A DNA stretch of 35,091 nucleotides from Flavobacteriales bacterium (GTDB lineage: Bacteria; Bacteroidota; Bacteroidia; Flavobacteriales_D; JABDKJ01): the NCBI GenBank assembly GCA_013001705.1, contig JABDLZ010000067.1:1-35091 (forward strand), in the 5' to 3' direction. Positions 9,190-17,688 of this stretch are shown here, piece after piece. A program made the position numbers and the translations under genes. The stretch's first letter is position 1; the number at the start of each line of letters is the position of its first letter. The notes beneath the pieces are model-generated. The model saw nothing but the letters and a program-made list of their open reading frames with translations. It did not search any database and was not told the origin of the DNA.

Positions 9190-9696
9190 ATGAATCATTT
9201 AAGACTACTAATGATCGGAGCCCTATTGATAATAGGCACCTCCATCAGCGCCCAGAGCAAACTCGGACACATCAACAGTCAAGAGATCCTTCAACTTCTA
9301 CCTGAAAGGGCAGAAGCTGAAAATAAGCTCCAGACCTTGAACACACAGTTGGAAGACCGCATGAAGACCTTGATGGCCGAGTATCAGAACAAGGTACAGA
9401 CTTTCCAGACCCTACCTGAAGATACTCCTACCTCCACTGCTACAGACATGCGTGACGAGATCGTAGGAATGGAGCAGCGCATCCAGGAATTCCAGGTGCG
9501 TGCCGAGGAGGATCTGGCCAAGAAGCAGCAAGAACTGCTCACACCTATGATCGAAAAGGTACAGAATGCCATCAATGAAGTGGGCAAGGAAAATGGATTC
9601 ACCTACATCTTCGATATAGGCACTGGAACAGTCGTATACACCGGAGGTGAGGACGTTTCCTCCATGGTGAAGACCAAATTGGGCATCACCGGCTGA
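9190..9696 (+). CDS. OmpH/Skp-family periplasmic chaperone (copy 2)
   Basis: 168 aa with a signal peptide, KLGHINSQEILQLLPE, and a coiled-coil body. It is the second skp paralog, as is usual after bamA in Bacteroidota. Confidence 0.85.
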   Translation: MNHLRLLMIGALLIIGTSISAQSKLGHINSQEILQLLPERAEAENKLQTLNTQLEDRMKTLMAEYQNKVQTFQTLPEDTPTSTATDMRDEIVGMEQRIQEFQVRAEEDLAKKQQELLTPMIEKVQNAINEVGKENGFTYIFDIGTGTVVYTGGEDVSSMVKTKLGITG

Positions 9697-9723
9697 AACC
9701 GACCTGGATAAAACCCGTATATC

Positions 9724-9760
9724 TACCCTGACCGGTCTGACTGGTCAGGGTATTTCTTTT
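9724..9760 (+). terminator. Rho-independent terminator after the uppS-bamA-skp-skp unit
   Basis: Perfect 10-bp stem TACCCTGACC (9724..9733) / GGTCAGGGTA (9743..9752), a 9-nt loop, then TTTCTTTT (9753..9760). Confidence 0.75.
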
Positions 9761-10477
9761 ATGAGAAGCATTGCAATAAAATTCAGTCCTATCATCGCGC
9801 TCCTTCTGCTCTTCGCATGCAAAAAGGAAAGTGCCGAGACACTTATCATCGACCCGTGTGGAATCGATTATGCGACTACTGTGCACTATGGGGCAGTTGG
9901 AGATGAATTCAGCTCAGGACTATACATCCATTCTGATTCAGCTTGGACCGATCAAATAGCCGAGTATATCGAATCACAAGGTCACGTAGTGTCGGCCTAT
10001 GAACAGATAGGTGAATACGGAGACCTCACGAGTGCTCTTTCAATGCACATGGAACTTGAAGCTGAGGCAAAGTGCAAGAATCTCATCACCCTCATGTGCG
10101 GAGCCCATGATCACTGGAGTGGAAGGACGAGCGCTGAATTTCAGACCGACTTCGCTGCCTTGTTGATCAAGGCCATTTCACGGACCGATGACCCTTCCAA
10201 AGTGATCTGCGTGACCCTACCGGATTACAGTAGCACGCCTGGTCTGCCTACAAGTGCAGGAAGCCCCGAAGAAGCTCAAGCTATGATCGAGGCCTATAAT
10301 CAGGTGATCATCTCTGAGGCTCAGAGCAGAGGAGCACGTATTGCCGATATCTATCCCATCAGCCAGAGCGCCTATCAGTTCCTTTATGTGCCAGAAGATT
10401 CTCTCCATGCTTCGGCAGATCAACATGCCATCTGGGCCAATGTAATCGCTGAGCAGGTGGCTGAAGCCCTGGACTGA
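9761..10477 (+). CDS. Lipoprotein with a degenerate SGNH/GDSL-hydrolase-like fold
   Basis: 238 aa with lipobox LLLFAC (Cys20). SGNH-like blocks by eye: block I GAVGDEFSSG (GDE where GDS is expected); block II IGEYGDLTS; block III LMCGAHDH (GxHD instead of GxND); block V EDSLHASADQHAIWA (DxxH retained). Confidence 0.5.
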   Translation: MRSIAIKFSPIIALLLLFACKKESAETLIIDPCGIDYATTVHYGAVGDEFSSGLYIHSDSAWTDQIAEYIESQGHVVSAYEQIGEYGDLTSALSMHMELEAEAKCKNLITLMCGAHDHWSGRTSAEFQTDFAALLIKAISRTDDPSKVICVTLPDYSSTPGLPTSAGSPEEAQAMIEAYNQVIISEAQSRGARIADIYPISQSAYQFLYVPEDSLHASADQHAIWANVIAEQVAEALD

Positions 10478-10562
10478 GCATCAAACATCTGACGATTTAA
10501 TCTCCTTTCTCAGAGGGTTTTTTAGGTTAATTTCACGCCTTTGTTCCTATTCCCTCTATAGA

Positions 10563-13500
10563 ATGAAGAGATTTATTGCGTGTTCGGTCCTTTTATTGAT
10601 GACCGTGTCCCTTTCCTTGATGGCTCAAGACGTTATTATCATGGATGGGTTCACGAGCAACTTCTCGACCTGTGATGGTAATCTGGTAGACCAGGGGTCT
10701 ACCGTCTCAAACTACCTGAATAACCAAGACATCACGATCACGATCTGTTCTGACAACGGTATAGATGGGTTAGAGATCGTTTTCAATGAGTTCAGTTTAG
10801 AGATCGGATTTGATTTCCTCTCTATATACGATGGCCCGGACGACACTGCTCCCCAAGTGGCAGGAAGCCCCTTTACAGGCACCACCATCAATACAATCAT
10901 CTCTACCGGCACCTGCTTGACACTGAACTTTTTCTCTGATGCCTCTTTCACAGATATCGGTTGGGATGCTGATGTCAGCTGTGTGCCTATCGGCCCGGCT
11001 GTGGATTGTCTCATCGACTACTCCACCTTCATCGATCCGCCTTTCGAACCTGGGAATAGTTGTTCTGGCGGCACCGATTATTCGTTCTGTGTGACCATCG
11101 AAGACTGGAATGGAGATTCTCCCTTGGAATTCCATGGATTCGACATCACCTTAGGTCCAGCTTTGGATCCGGCCACACTTGTCCCGGTCAGTTCACCGGC
11201 AAGTTGCAGTGGCACGGGCACATGGGGATTCTATCCTACGGTGACCAGCACCGGTACCGGACTAGTGACAGGACCTGGTTTCTTCTTCGATGCTGACAAC
11301 GATGGCGATCCTGGAAACAATGTCGGAGATGCATGTGCAGGAGCCTTGCCTTGGACATTTTGTTTCGATGTAGCCACCATAGGCTGTGAACCGGATGGTT
11401 CTAACGATGGCCTGGACGCTTCGATCACCATCAACACATACAGTGACGGGGAGTCAGGCTCACTGTCTGATCCATCATGTGCACCGGATGAACTCATCGT
11501 GATCGATGCTACACTGGGCTGCGGACCCACTTGCGCATTGCCTCCCACTGTGAGCATCAGTGCATCTGGAGGTTGTCCTCCTAGTTCACCTATGTTGACT
11601 TTTGATATGACAGGAAACTCTCCATTCACGATCGAATATCTCTGTGATGGAGTTCCCAATAGCATAAGTACTTCTGATTTCTCTACCAGTGTAGCCGCTA
11701 GCCCAGGTGCATTCTATGAATTGGTCAGCATCAGTGACGCGACATGTATCCAAGTCCCCGCGAGTGGCTCTGTAACCGCACCGAATCCTATTGTACCCTC
11801 TATTACGATGACCGCAGACACCGGATTCTGTATAGGGGGGTCTGTCGATCTGATAGTGGAGTTCATAGGTACTCCACCCTTCGACTTTTCTTGGACCATC
11901 GATGGCAATCCCGCGGGATCGGCCAGCTCAGCCGCTACGACTTTTATCATCAATGCGAGCACTCCCGGGTTTTATGAGATCGACTCGTTCTCGAACAGTG
12001 ATTGCCCTATCGATCCGCCTTACCCCTCGGCCCAAGTGACACAGTATGTTCCACCTACGGCCAACGTATCACCGGCAAATGACACCATCTGTCCAGGTGA
12101 GACTACTGATATCAGTTTCTTCCTCTTTGGGTCACCGCCTTATCAGTTGACCATTTCTCAAGACGGGGTCGATATAGATGTGATCAACTCACCCACCCCA
12201 GGGCTGGTCACTTATACCGTCTCCACCGGAGGTATCTACACTGCATCAGAGGTGAGGAATCTAGGATGTACAGGAAATGTCAATGGTCAGACCGAGGTAA
12301 TCGCCTTGGATCAACCTACCATTGAGATATCTGGGGGTGGAGAAGTGTGTCAGGGGGCCAATGCTGAAGTGATATTCACCTGCACCGGAATAGGTCCATG
12401 GCAAGTAGATTATATGCTGAACGGAATCGTACAGCCTACACTTACCATAAATGCCTCCCCATTTACCCTACTGACTCCTGTTCCAGGTAACTATGAACCC
12501 CTGTCAGGAATCGATGCATACTGTACTGCTCTAGTGTCTGGACTAGCTACGGTCAGCATTTCAGAGCCGATCAGTTCTGATATCCCTTCCGATCTGGTGA
12601 TCTGTACAGGGCAGTCCGGAGAATTGACTATCACCTTCTCAGAAGATGCAAGCTCCTATGAAGTAGGATATACGATTGATGGAGTGGATCAGGGAACGGT
12701 AAGCACCACGGACAACCCATTCTTACTCAATGTTTCTGTACCGGGTACTTACGAGATCACCTCGCTGTTGATCGATGGAGAATGCATCGGTGACCCACAA
12801 GGAACAGCCGAGGTGACCACTACAGAAGCTCCTACTGCAGACCTGAGTGGTGATATCACCATTTGTGAAGGCACTACCGGACAACTGGATCTACTGCTCA
12901 CGGGAAGCGGTCCTTGGGCGATCGCTTATGAGATAGATGGAGTAGCACAACCGAACGATACCCTCTTTGTCGCAAGTGGTCAATGGGAAGTGGACCAAGC
13001 CGGAAGCTATACCATCGTTTCTGTCAGCGATATGGTATGTACGGGAGTGGCCAATGGAACTGCAACCGTTACGGAAATCCCTGCTCCGGTAGCGGTACTT
13101 TCAGGATTGGACACCGTATGTACAGGAACCCCGGTAGACCTATTGGTCGAGCTTCAAGGCTCGGCTCCCTTCGACCTCACTGTCACACTCAATGGCGCCC
13201 TGTTCCAAGATTTCTCCACTGACGACAATTCCCTCACCTTTACTGTGACCGAGTCAGGGGAGTACGCAGTCTCTTTCATCAGTGATGTGAATTGCTCCAA
13301 CACCGATGTGGACACACTCGTTCTGGAGAACTTTCCGGCACCAGAAATCCTGACTTCTAGTGATACGACCCTATGTCTTCTCGAGACCATCACTATCGGT
13401 GGTTCTGCTTCAGGAGGGTTTGGAGGCCCCTTCTCCTACCAGTGGGTGCAAGGTGCTGACACATTGACTGCTGATTCCATCGATGTTTTTGTTCTAGGGG

Positions 13501-14378
13501 ACCAAGAACTGACATTCATTGTCGATGACGGTTGTGGAATCGATTATCTGGCCACTGTCACTGTGAGTGCACACCCTTTTCCAGCATTCGACACTACGAA
13601 TATCGATCTTGGAATCTGTGGCGAAGGCGAATTGATACTGGATTCTGAGATTCCCTTATCTCTCTATGGAGATAGCTGTGTTTGGACGGTCAATGGCCAG
13701 ACCTATATCACGTGTGATTCGATCGCGATTCCCCTTACAGGAGAAGACACATATGACGTAGGAATCTACGTAGAGACTGTACAAGGCTGCGTGATCGACA
13801 CGACCATCGAAGGCCTCATCGAGGTCTATGGACTTCCTATAGCAGGCTTCAGCTACACACCCACCGAACCGACCATCGCAGAGGATATCCTGACCTTCCA
13901 AGACCTCTCTTCCGGTGCAGAACAATATATGTGGTTCTTAGACAGTCTCATCTTCTCTGATGAAGCTACTCCCGTATTGGATCTACCCGATAGGGATGTC
14001 CCACATTCATACACGGTCTGTATGGTGGTCATGAATGAATTCGGTTGTGCTGACACTACATGTCAGGACGTTCAGATAGACGGAGAATTCATCGTCCACG
14101 TTCCCTCAGCATTCACCCCTGATAATGACCGAGTGAATGATTCCTGGGCACCGATCATCACAGGCGCTATCGAAGAGGAGTACAGCCTCAAAGTCTACGG
14201 CAGAAACGGACAGGTCATCTGGGAGACCACGGACATCAATGAGCGATGGATAGGTCAAGGAGCAGATGATGCCAACTATTACTCCGGTGACTCTGTCTAT
14301 CAATGGCAGCTTGAAGTGCGTAGGGTAGGTTCGGTAGAAAAACGCAGCTATCGCGGTATCGTTACCTTGGTACGGTAA
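10563..14378 (+). CDS. Large T9SS type-B cargo / adhesin: CUB-like domain, Cys-rich module, 7 tandem repeats, SprB-like and PKD-like regions, type-B C-terminal sorting domain
   Basis: 1271 aa with signal peptide MKRFIACSVLLLMTVSLSLMAQ. A CUB-like domain lies at 10671..10982. Tandem modules lie at 11535..13337. SASGGFGGPFSYQWVQG is SprB-repeat-like. GLPIAGFSYTPTEP...TFQDLSSGAEQYMW is PKD-like (about 13833..14084). The C-terminal VPSAFTPDNDRVNDSW...YRGIVTLVR (14085..14375) matches the gliding-motility/T9SS type-B CTD pattern (PNAFTPNGDGxND). Confidence 0.85.
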   Translation: MKRFIACSVLLLMTVSLSLMAQDVIIMDGFTSNFSTCDGNLVDQGSTVSNYLNNQDITITICSDNGIDGLEIVFNEFSLEIGFDFLSIYDGPDDTAPQVAGSPFTGTTINTIISTGTCLTLNFFSDASFTDIGWDADVSCVPIGPAVDCLIDYSTFIDPPFEPGNSCSGGTDYSFCVTIEDWNGDSPLEFHGFDITLGPALDPATLVPVSSPASCSGTGTWGFYPTVTSTGTGLVTGPGFFFDADNDGDPGNNVGDACAGALPWTFCFDVATIGCEPDGSNDGLDASITINTYSDGESGSLSDPSCAPDELIVIDATLGCGPTCALPPTVSISASGGCPPSSPMLTFDMTGNSPFTIEYLCDGVPNSISTSDFSTSVAASPGAFYELVSISDATCIQVPASGSVTAPNPIVPSITMTADTGFCIGGSVDLIVEFIGTPPFDFSWTIDGNPAGSASSAATTFIINASTPGFYEIDSFSNSDCPIDPPYPSAQVTQYVPPTANVSPANDTICPGETTDISFFLFGSPPYQLTISQDGVDIDVINSPTPGLVTYTVSTGGIYTASEVRNLGCTGNVNGQTEVIALDQPTIEISGGGEVCQGANAEVIFTCTGIGPWQVDYMLNGIVQPTLTINASPFTLLTPVPGNYEPLSGIDAYCTALVSGLATVSISEPISSDIPSDLVICTGQSGELTITFSEDASSYEVGYTIDGVDQGTVSTTDNPFLLNVSVPGTYEITSLLIDGECIGDPQGTAEVTTTEAPTADLSGDITICEGTTGQLDLLLTGSGPWAIAYEIDGVAQPNDTLFVASGQWEVDQAGSYTIVSVSDMVCTGVANGTATVTEIPAPVAVLSGLDTVCTGTPVDLLVELQGSAPFDLTVTLNGALFQDFSTDDNSLTFTVTESGEYAVSFISDVNCSNTDVDTLVLENFPAPEILTSSDTTLCLLETITIGGSASGGFGGPFSYQWVQGADTLTADSIDVFVLGDQELTFIVDDGCGIDYLATVTVSAHPFPAFDTTNIDLGICGEGELILDSEIPLSLYGDSCVWTVNGQTYITCDSIAIPLTGEDTYDVGIYVETVQGCVIDTTIEGLIEVYGLPIAGFSYTPTEPTIAEDILTFQDLSSGAEQYMWFLDSLIFSDEATPVLDLPDRDVPHSYTVCMVVMNEFGCADTTCQDVQIDGEFIVHVPSAFTPDNDRVNDSWAPIITGAIEEEYSLKVYGRNGQVIWETTDINERWIGQGADDANYYSGDSVYQWQLEVRRVGSVEKRSYRGIVTLVR
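11535..13337 (+). repeat. Seven tandem, divergent ~86-aa two-cysteine modules inside the adhesin gene (protein-level repeat)
   Basis: Each unit follows P-x-a-x-l-S-G-x3-i-C-x-G-x4-L-x5-G-x2-P-[WF]-x-l-x-Y-x-i-[DN]-G ... G-x-Y-x-[IL]-x-S-[IV]-x-D-x2-C-x-g-x3-G-x-a-x-V. Examples: APTADLSGDITICEGTTGQLDLLLTGSGPWAIAYEIDG... and APVAVLSGLDTVCTGTPVDLLVELQGSAPFDLTVTLNG... Confidence 0.8.
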
Positions 14379-14398
14379 GAAGTACAGCCATACCAGCG

Positions 14399-15229
14399 TT
14401 GAATTCCCAGAGGAACATAGAGTGGCATGGCCACAGAGGATGCAGAGGTCTGCTTCCAGAGAATACGATACCAGCTTTTCTCAAGGCCATCGATCTCGGC
14501 ATGGACTATCTGGAAATGGATGTGGTCATCTCCAAAGATCATCAGGTGGTCATCGCACATGAGCCCTATATGCCATCCACCATCTGTTCTTTTCCAGATG
14601 GCCGACCCGTGCGTCCGGAAGTAGAGAAAGAGTTGAACCTCTATCAGATGGATTACGCGGAGATCGCTGGATTCGACTGTGGACGGAAACACCCAGGATT
14701 CCCACAACAGGTCTCCATGCCTGTGACACGGCCTTTGCTCTCCGAACTCTTCGATACCATTGCATCCGAGACTTCTGATCCCAGATTCCAATCCATAGGA
14801 TTCACGATAGAACTGAAGTCCGCTCCTGAATTCGACACTATCTATCATCCTCCACCAGAGGAATTCGTAGACCTCGTTTTACAGGTCATCCGCATGTACG
14901 GCTTCGAGGAACGATGTGTGCTCCAGTCTTTCGATCAGCGCATATTGAAAGCATTTCGATCCCAAGCACCGAACATCCGTCAATCGATACTCTTGAATGA
15001 GATCTTCAGTCCTTCAGAGGTCATTGCAGAACTTGGTTATACTCCACCCATCATCGGACCTCGATACGACCTCCTGGATCAGACACTCATCGCTGACTGT
15101 CATGCATGTAGCATGCGCGTGGTACCTTGGACGGTCAATGAGGTGGAAGACATGAGAAGTCTGATCGAGCAAGGCGTGGATGGTATAATCACAGACTATC
15201 CCGACCGAAAATCCTTGATCGTTGAATAA
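14399..15229 (+). CDS. Glycerophosphodiester phosphodiesterase family protein (no signal peptide)
   Basis: 276 aa. IEWHGHRGCRGLLPENTIPAFLKAIDLGMDYLEMDVVISKDHQVVIAHEP is the GDPD N-terminal signature, and ...PWTVNEVEDM...GVDGIITDYPD lies at the C-terminus. The start is TTG 14399, with no in-frame ATG before the HRG motif. It is 20 nt after the adhesin stop. Confidence 0.8.
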   Translation: MNSQRNIEWHGHRGCRGLLPENTIPAFLKAIDLGMDYLEMDVVISKDHQVVIAHEPYMPSTICSFPDGRPVRPEVEKELNLYQMDYAEIAGFDCGRKHPGFPQQVSMPVTRPLLSELFDTIASETSDPRFQSIGFTIELKSAPEFDTIYHPPPEEFVDLVLQVIRMYGFEERCVLQSFDQRILKAFRSQAPNIRQSILLNEIFSPSEVIAELGYTPPIIGPRYDLLDQTLIADCHACSMRVVPWTVNEVEDMRSLIEQGVDGIITDYPDRKSLIVE

Positions 15230-15279
15230 TGCTACCCTGTCCTGAAGAGGTTCACGGGGTGGATATCTAATTTCGCAAG

Positions 15280-17607
15280 GTGAGTTATCTAGATGAATTG
15301 AATGACAGCCAACGACAGGCTGTACAGCACATCAGTGGACCGATGATGGTCGTGGCCGGTGCCGGATCTGGAAAGACCCGTGTCCTCACCTATCGCATCG
15401 CGCATCTCATCAAGAGCGGTGTCGATCCATTTTCCATTTTGGCGCTGACCTTCACCAATAAGGCCGCAAAGGAAATGAAGGACCGTATTGCTGGTGTGGT
15501 GGGTTACGGTGAGGCTAGGAATATCTGGATGGGGACCTTTCACTCTGTCTTTGCTCGTATCCTGAGAGGCGAATCAGAGAAACTGGGCTATCCGTCCAAC
15601 TTCACCATCTATGACACGACCGACTCCAAAAGCCTGATCAAGTCCATTATCAAGGAACACGGACTGGACGATAAGATCTATAAACCGGGAATCGTATTCA
15701 ATCGTATATCCGGGGCCAAGAACAATCTTATCTCGCCAGAGGCCTACATGGCCAACAAGGAAGTGCAGATAGCCGATGAAGCATCAGGAAGACCTAAACT
15801 AGGTGAACTCTACAAGGCTTACGCTGCACGCTGTTTCCAGGCAGGAGCCATGGATTTCGATGACTTACTATACAAGACCAATGTACTTTTCAGAGATTTC
15901 CCCGATGCTCTTCACAAGTATCAGCATCGATTCAACTATCTCTTGGTAGATGAGTATCAGGATACCAATTTTGCGCAGTACCTCATCGTGAGAAAACTGG
16001 CCGCAGTACATGAGAATATCTGTGTAGTAGGAGATGATGCACAGAGCATCTACTCGTTCAGAGGGGCCAATATCCAGAACATCCTAAATTTCCGGAGGGA
16101 TTATCCAGACTACGTCCTCTTCAAACTGGAGCAGAACTACCGCTCGACTAAGAATATCGTACAAGCGGCCAACTCAGTCATCGAGCGCAACAAGGATCAG
16201 ATCAAGAAAGAAGTCTGGACCGATAACGATACGGGAGATACCATCCACCTCATGCGAGCAGCTACGGATAATGAGGAAGGGCGCATGGTAGCCCAATCCA
16301 TCTTCGAGATCAAGATGAGGGAGCAGGCCAAAGAGAGTGATTTCGCCATCCTGTACCGTACCAATGCGCAGTCGAGGAGCATGGAGGAATCGCTCCGCAA
16401 ATTGGATATTCCCTATAAGATCTTTGGAGGACTCTCATTCTACCAGCGTAAAGAGATCAAGGATCTACTCTCCTATTTCCGACTGATTTGCAATCACAAG
16501 GATGAAGAAGCGCTGAAAAGAGTGATCAACTACCCTACCCGTGGAATCGGTCAGACCACCCTGGATAAGATCACACTCAGTGCGAGGAATCATGGAGTCT
16601 CTTTGTGGGAGGTCATCAGAGAACCCGCTAGATATGCCTTGCCCATCAATAAGGGTACAGCCAGTAAGTTATCTGCCTTCACTACGCTCATCGAGAGTTT
16701 TGCAGCGAGCATGAGGGTGACCAGCGCCTATGATCTTGGACATGAGGTGGCCAAGACGACCGGCATCCTCAAAGAACTCTACAATGACAAGACTCCAGAA
16801 GGAGTCAGCCGATATGAGAACATCCAAGAATTGTTGAACGGGATCAAGGACTTCTCTGAGAAACAAAGAGAGCAGGACCTGGATGATACCATGTCGGATT
16901 TCTTGATGGACGTAGCCCTGCTTACCGATGCCGATCAGACCGATGAGAAGGACGACTATGTCAGTCTGATGACCATACACGCGGCCAAGGGTCTAGAGTT
17001 CCCTTACGTGTTCATTGTAGGCATGGAGGAAAACCTCTTCCCTTCTCAACTCTCACTCAACACCCGCCAAGACCTGGAAGAAGAACGCAGGCTTTTCTAC
17101 GTGGCGCTTACACGTGCAGAGAAACGTGCCACGTTGAGTATGGCCAATACGCGCTACCGTTGGGGAAATCTTATCTATTGCGAGCCCAGCAGATTCATAG
17201 AAGAGATCGATGATCAATTCATGAAATTCCCTGCCAACTGGAAACTGGAGGACAGTGATATCGGCAACCTGGGATTCGGAGATAGCTGGGATAATGCTTG
17301 GCAGAGCACTACAAAGAGGACACAAGGCCAATTCAGCCCCAAGCCCAAGCCATCCAAGAAGCCACTGAACAGCCCACGCATCCCTGCTAAACTGAAGAAA
17401 CTGGACAACACATCCGCTCCCACTTCGACCGCGATAACATTGGAGGGCTTGGATGTGGGAGTGGAAGTAGAACATGCGCGATTCGGAAAAGGAAAGATCC
17501 TGAAGCTCGAAGGAAATGCTCCAGACACCAAAGCGACCATCTTCTTTCCGGGAGCTGGCAAGAAGGTCCTGCTGCTCAAGTTCGCAAAACTCAAGGTCTT
17601 ATCCTGA
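15280..17607 (+). CDS. uvrD: ATP-dependent DNA helicase, UvrD/PcrA family (housekeeping type)
   Basis: 775 aa. Motifs present: LNDSQRQAV (Q motif), AGAGSGKT (Walker A), LLVDEYQDTN, VGDDAQSIYSFRGA, YRSTKNI, TIHAAKGLEF, and VALTRA. The C-terminus has a Tudor-like tail (VEHARFGKGKILKLEG...). A GTG start at 15280 is needed to keep the Q motif. Confidence 0.92.
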   Translation: MSYLDELNDSQRQAVQHISGPMMVVAGAGSGKTRVLTYRIAHLIKSGVDPFSILALTFTNKAAKEMKDRIAGVVGYGEARNIWMGTFHSVFARILRGESEKLGYPSNFTIYDTTDSKSLIKSIIKEHGLDDKIYKPGIVFNRISGAKNNLISPEAYMANKEVQIADEASGRPKLGELYKAYAARCFQAGAMDFDDLLYKTNVLFRDFPDALHKYQHRFNYLLVDEYQDTNFAQYLIVRKLAAVHENICVVGDDAQSIYSFRGANIQNILNFRRDYPDYVLFKLEQNYRSTKNIVQAANSVIERNKDQIKKEVWTDNDTGDTIHLMRAATDNEEGRMVAQSIFEIKMREQAKESDFAILYRTNAQSRSMEESLRKLDIPYKIFGGLSFYQRKEIKDLLSYFRLICNHKDEEALKRVINYPTRGIGQTTLDKITLSARNHGVSLWEVIREPARYALPINKGTASKLSAFTTLIESFAASMRVTSAYDLGHEVAKTTGILKELYNDKTPEGVSRYENIQELLNGIKDFSEKQREQDLDDTMSDFLMDVALLTDADQTDEKDDYVSLMTIHAAKGLEFPYVFIVGMEENLFPSQLSLNTRQDLEEERRLFYVALTRAEKRATLSMANTRYRWGNLIYCEPSRFIEEIDDQFMKFPANWKLEDSDIGNLGFGDSWDNAWQSTTKRTQGQFSPKPKPSKKPLNSPRIPAKLKKLDNTSAPTSTAITLEGLDVGVEVEHARFGKGKILKLEGNAPDTKATIFFPGAGKKVLLLKFAKLKVLS

Positions 17608-17627
17608 ATGGGCATGTCATATAATGT

Positions 17628-17635
17628 TACTTTTG
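17628..17635 (+). promoter_or_regulatory. -7 promoter box (TACTTTTG) for DUF4290-murA
   Basis: Exact TAnnTTTG match, 53 nt upstream of ATG 17689. Confidence 0.4.
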
Positions 17636-17688
17636 CTTTTGTCTAATCTGCCTCGACCTGCATCTACGGTGAGGCCTCAATCAAGATC

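Noticed and set aside
10505-10527. T-run (GGGTTTTTT) after the SGNH-like gene as a possible terminator
   Set aside because: The preceding sequence (CTCCTTTCTCAGAGGG) does not form a convincing stem by manual pairing, so I did not call it.
14348-14848. 166-aa minus-strand ORF spanning the adhesin/GDPD junction
   Set aside because: It is antisense to a GDPD gene with clear catalytic motifs. Its sequence is low-information and it has no promoter or start context.
15280-17607. UvrD-family helicase as a possible component of a defence system (Gabija-like or similar)
   Set aside because: It has the full housekeeping UvrD/PcrA motif set and a C-terminal Tudor-like tail. It has no nuclease, ATPase or other defence-type partner, and it is flanked by GDPD and DUF4290-murA core genes.
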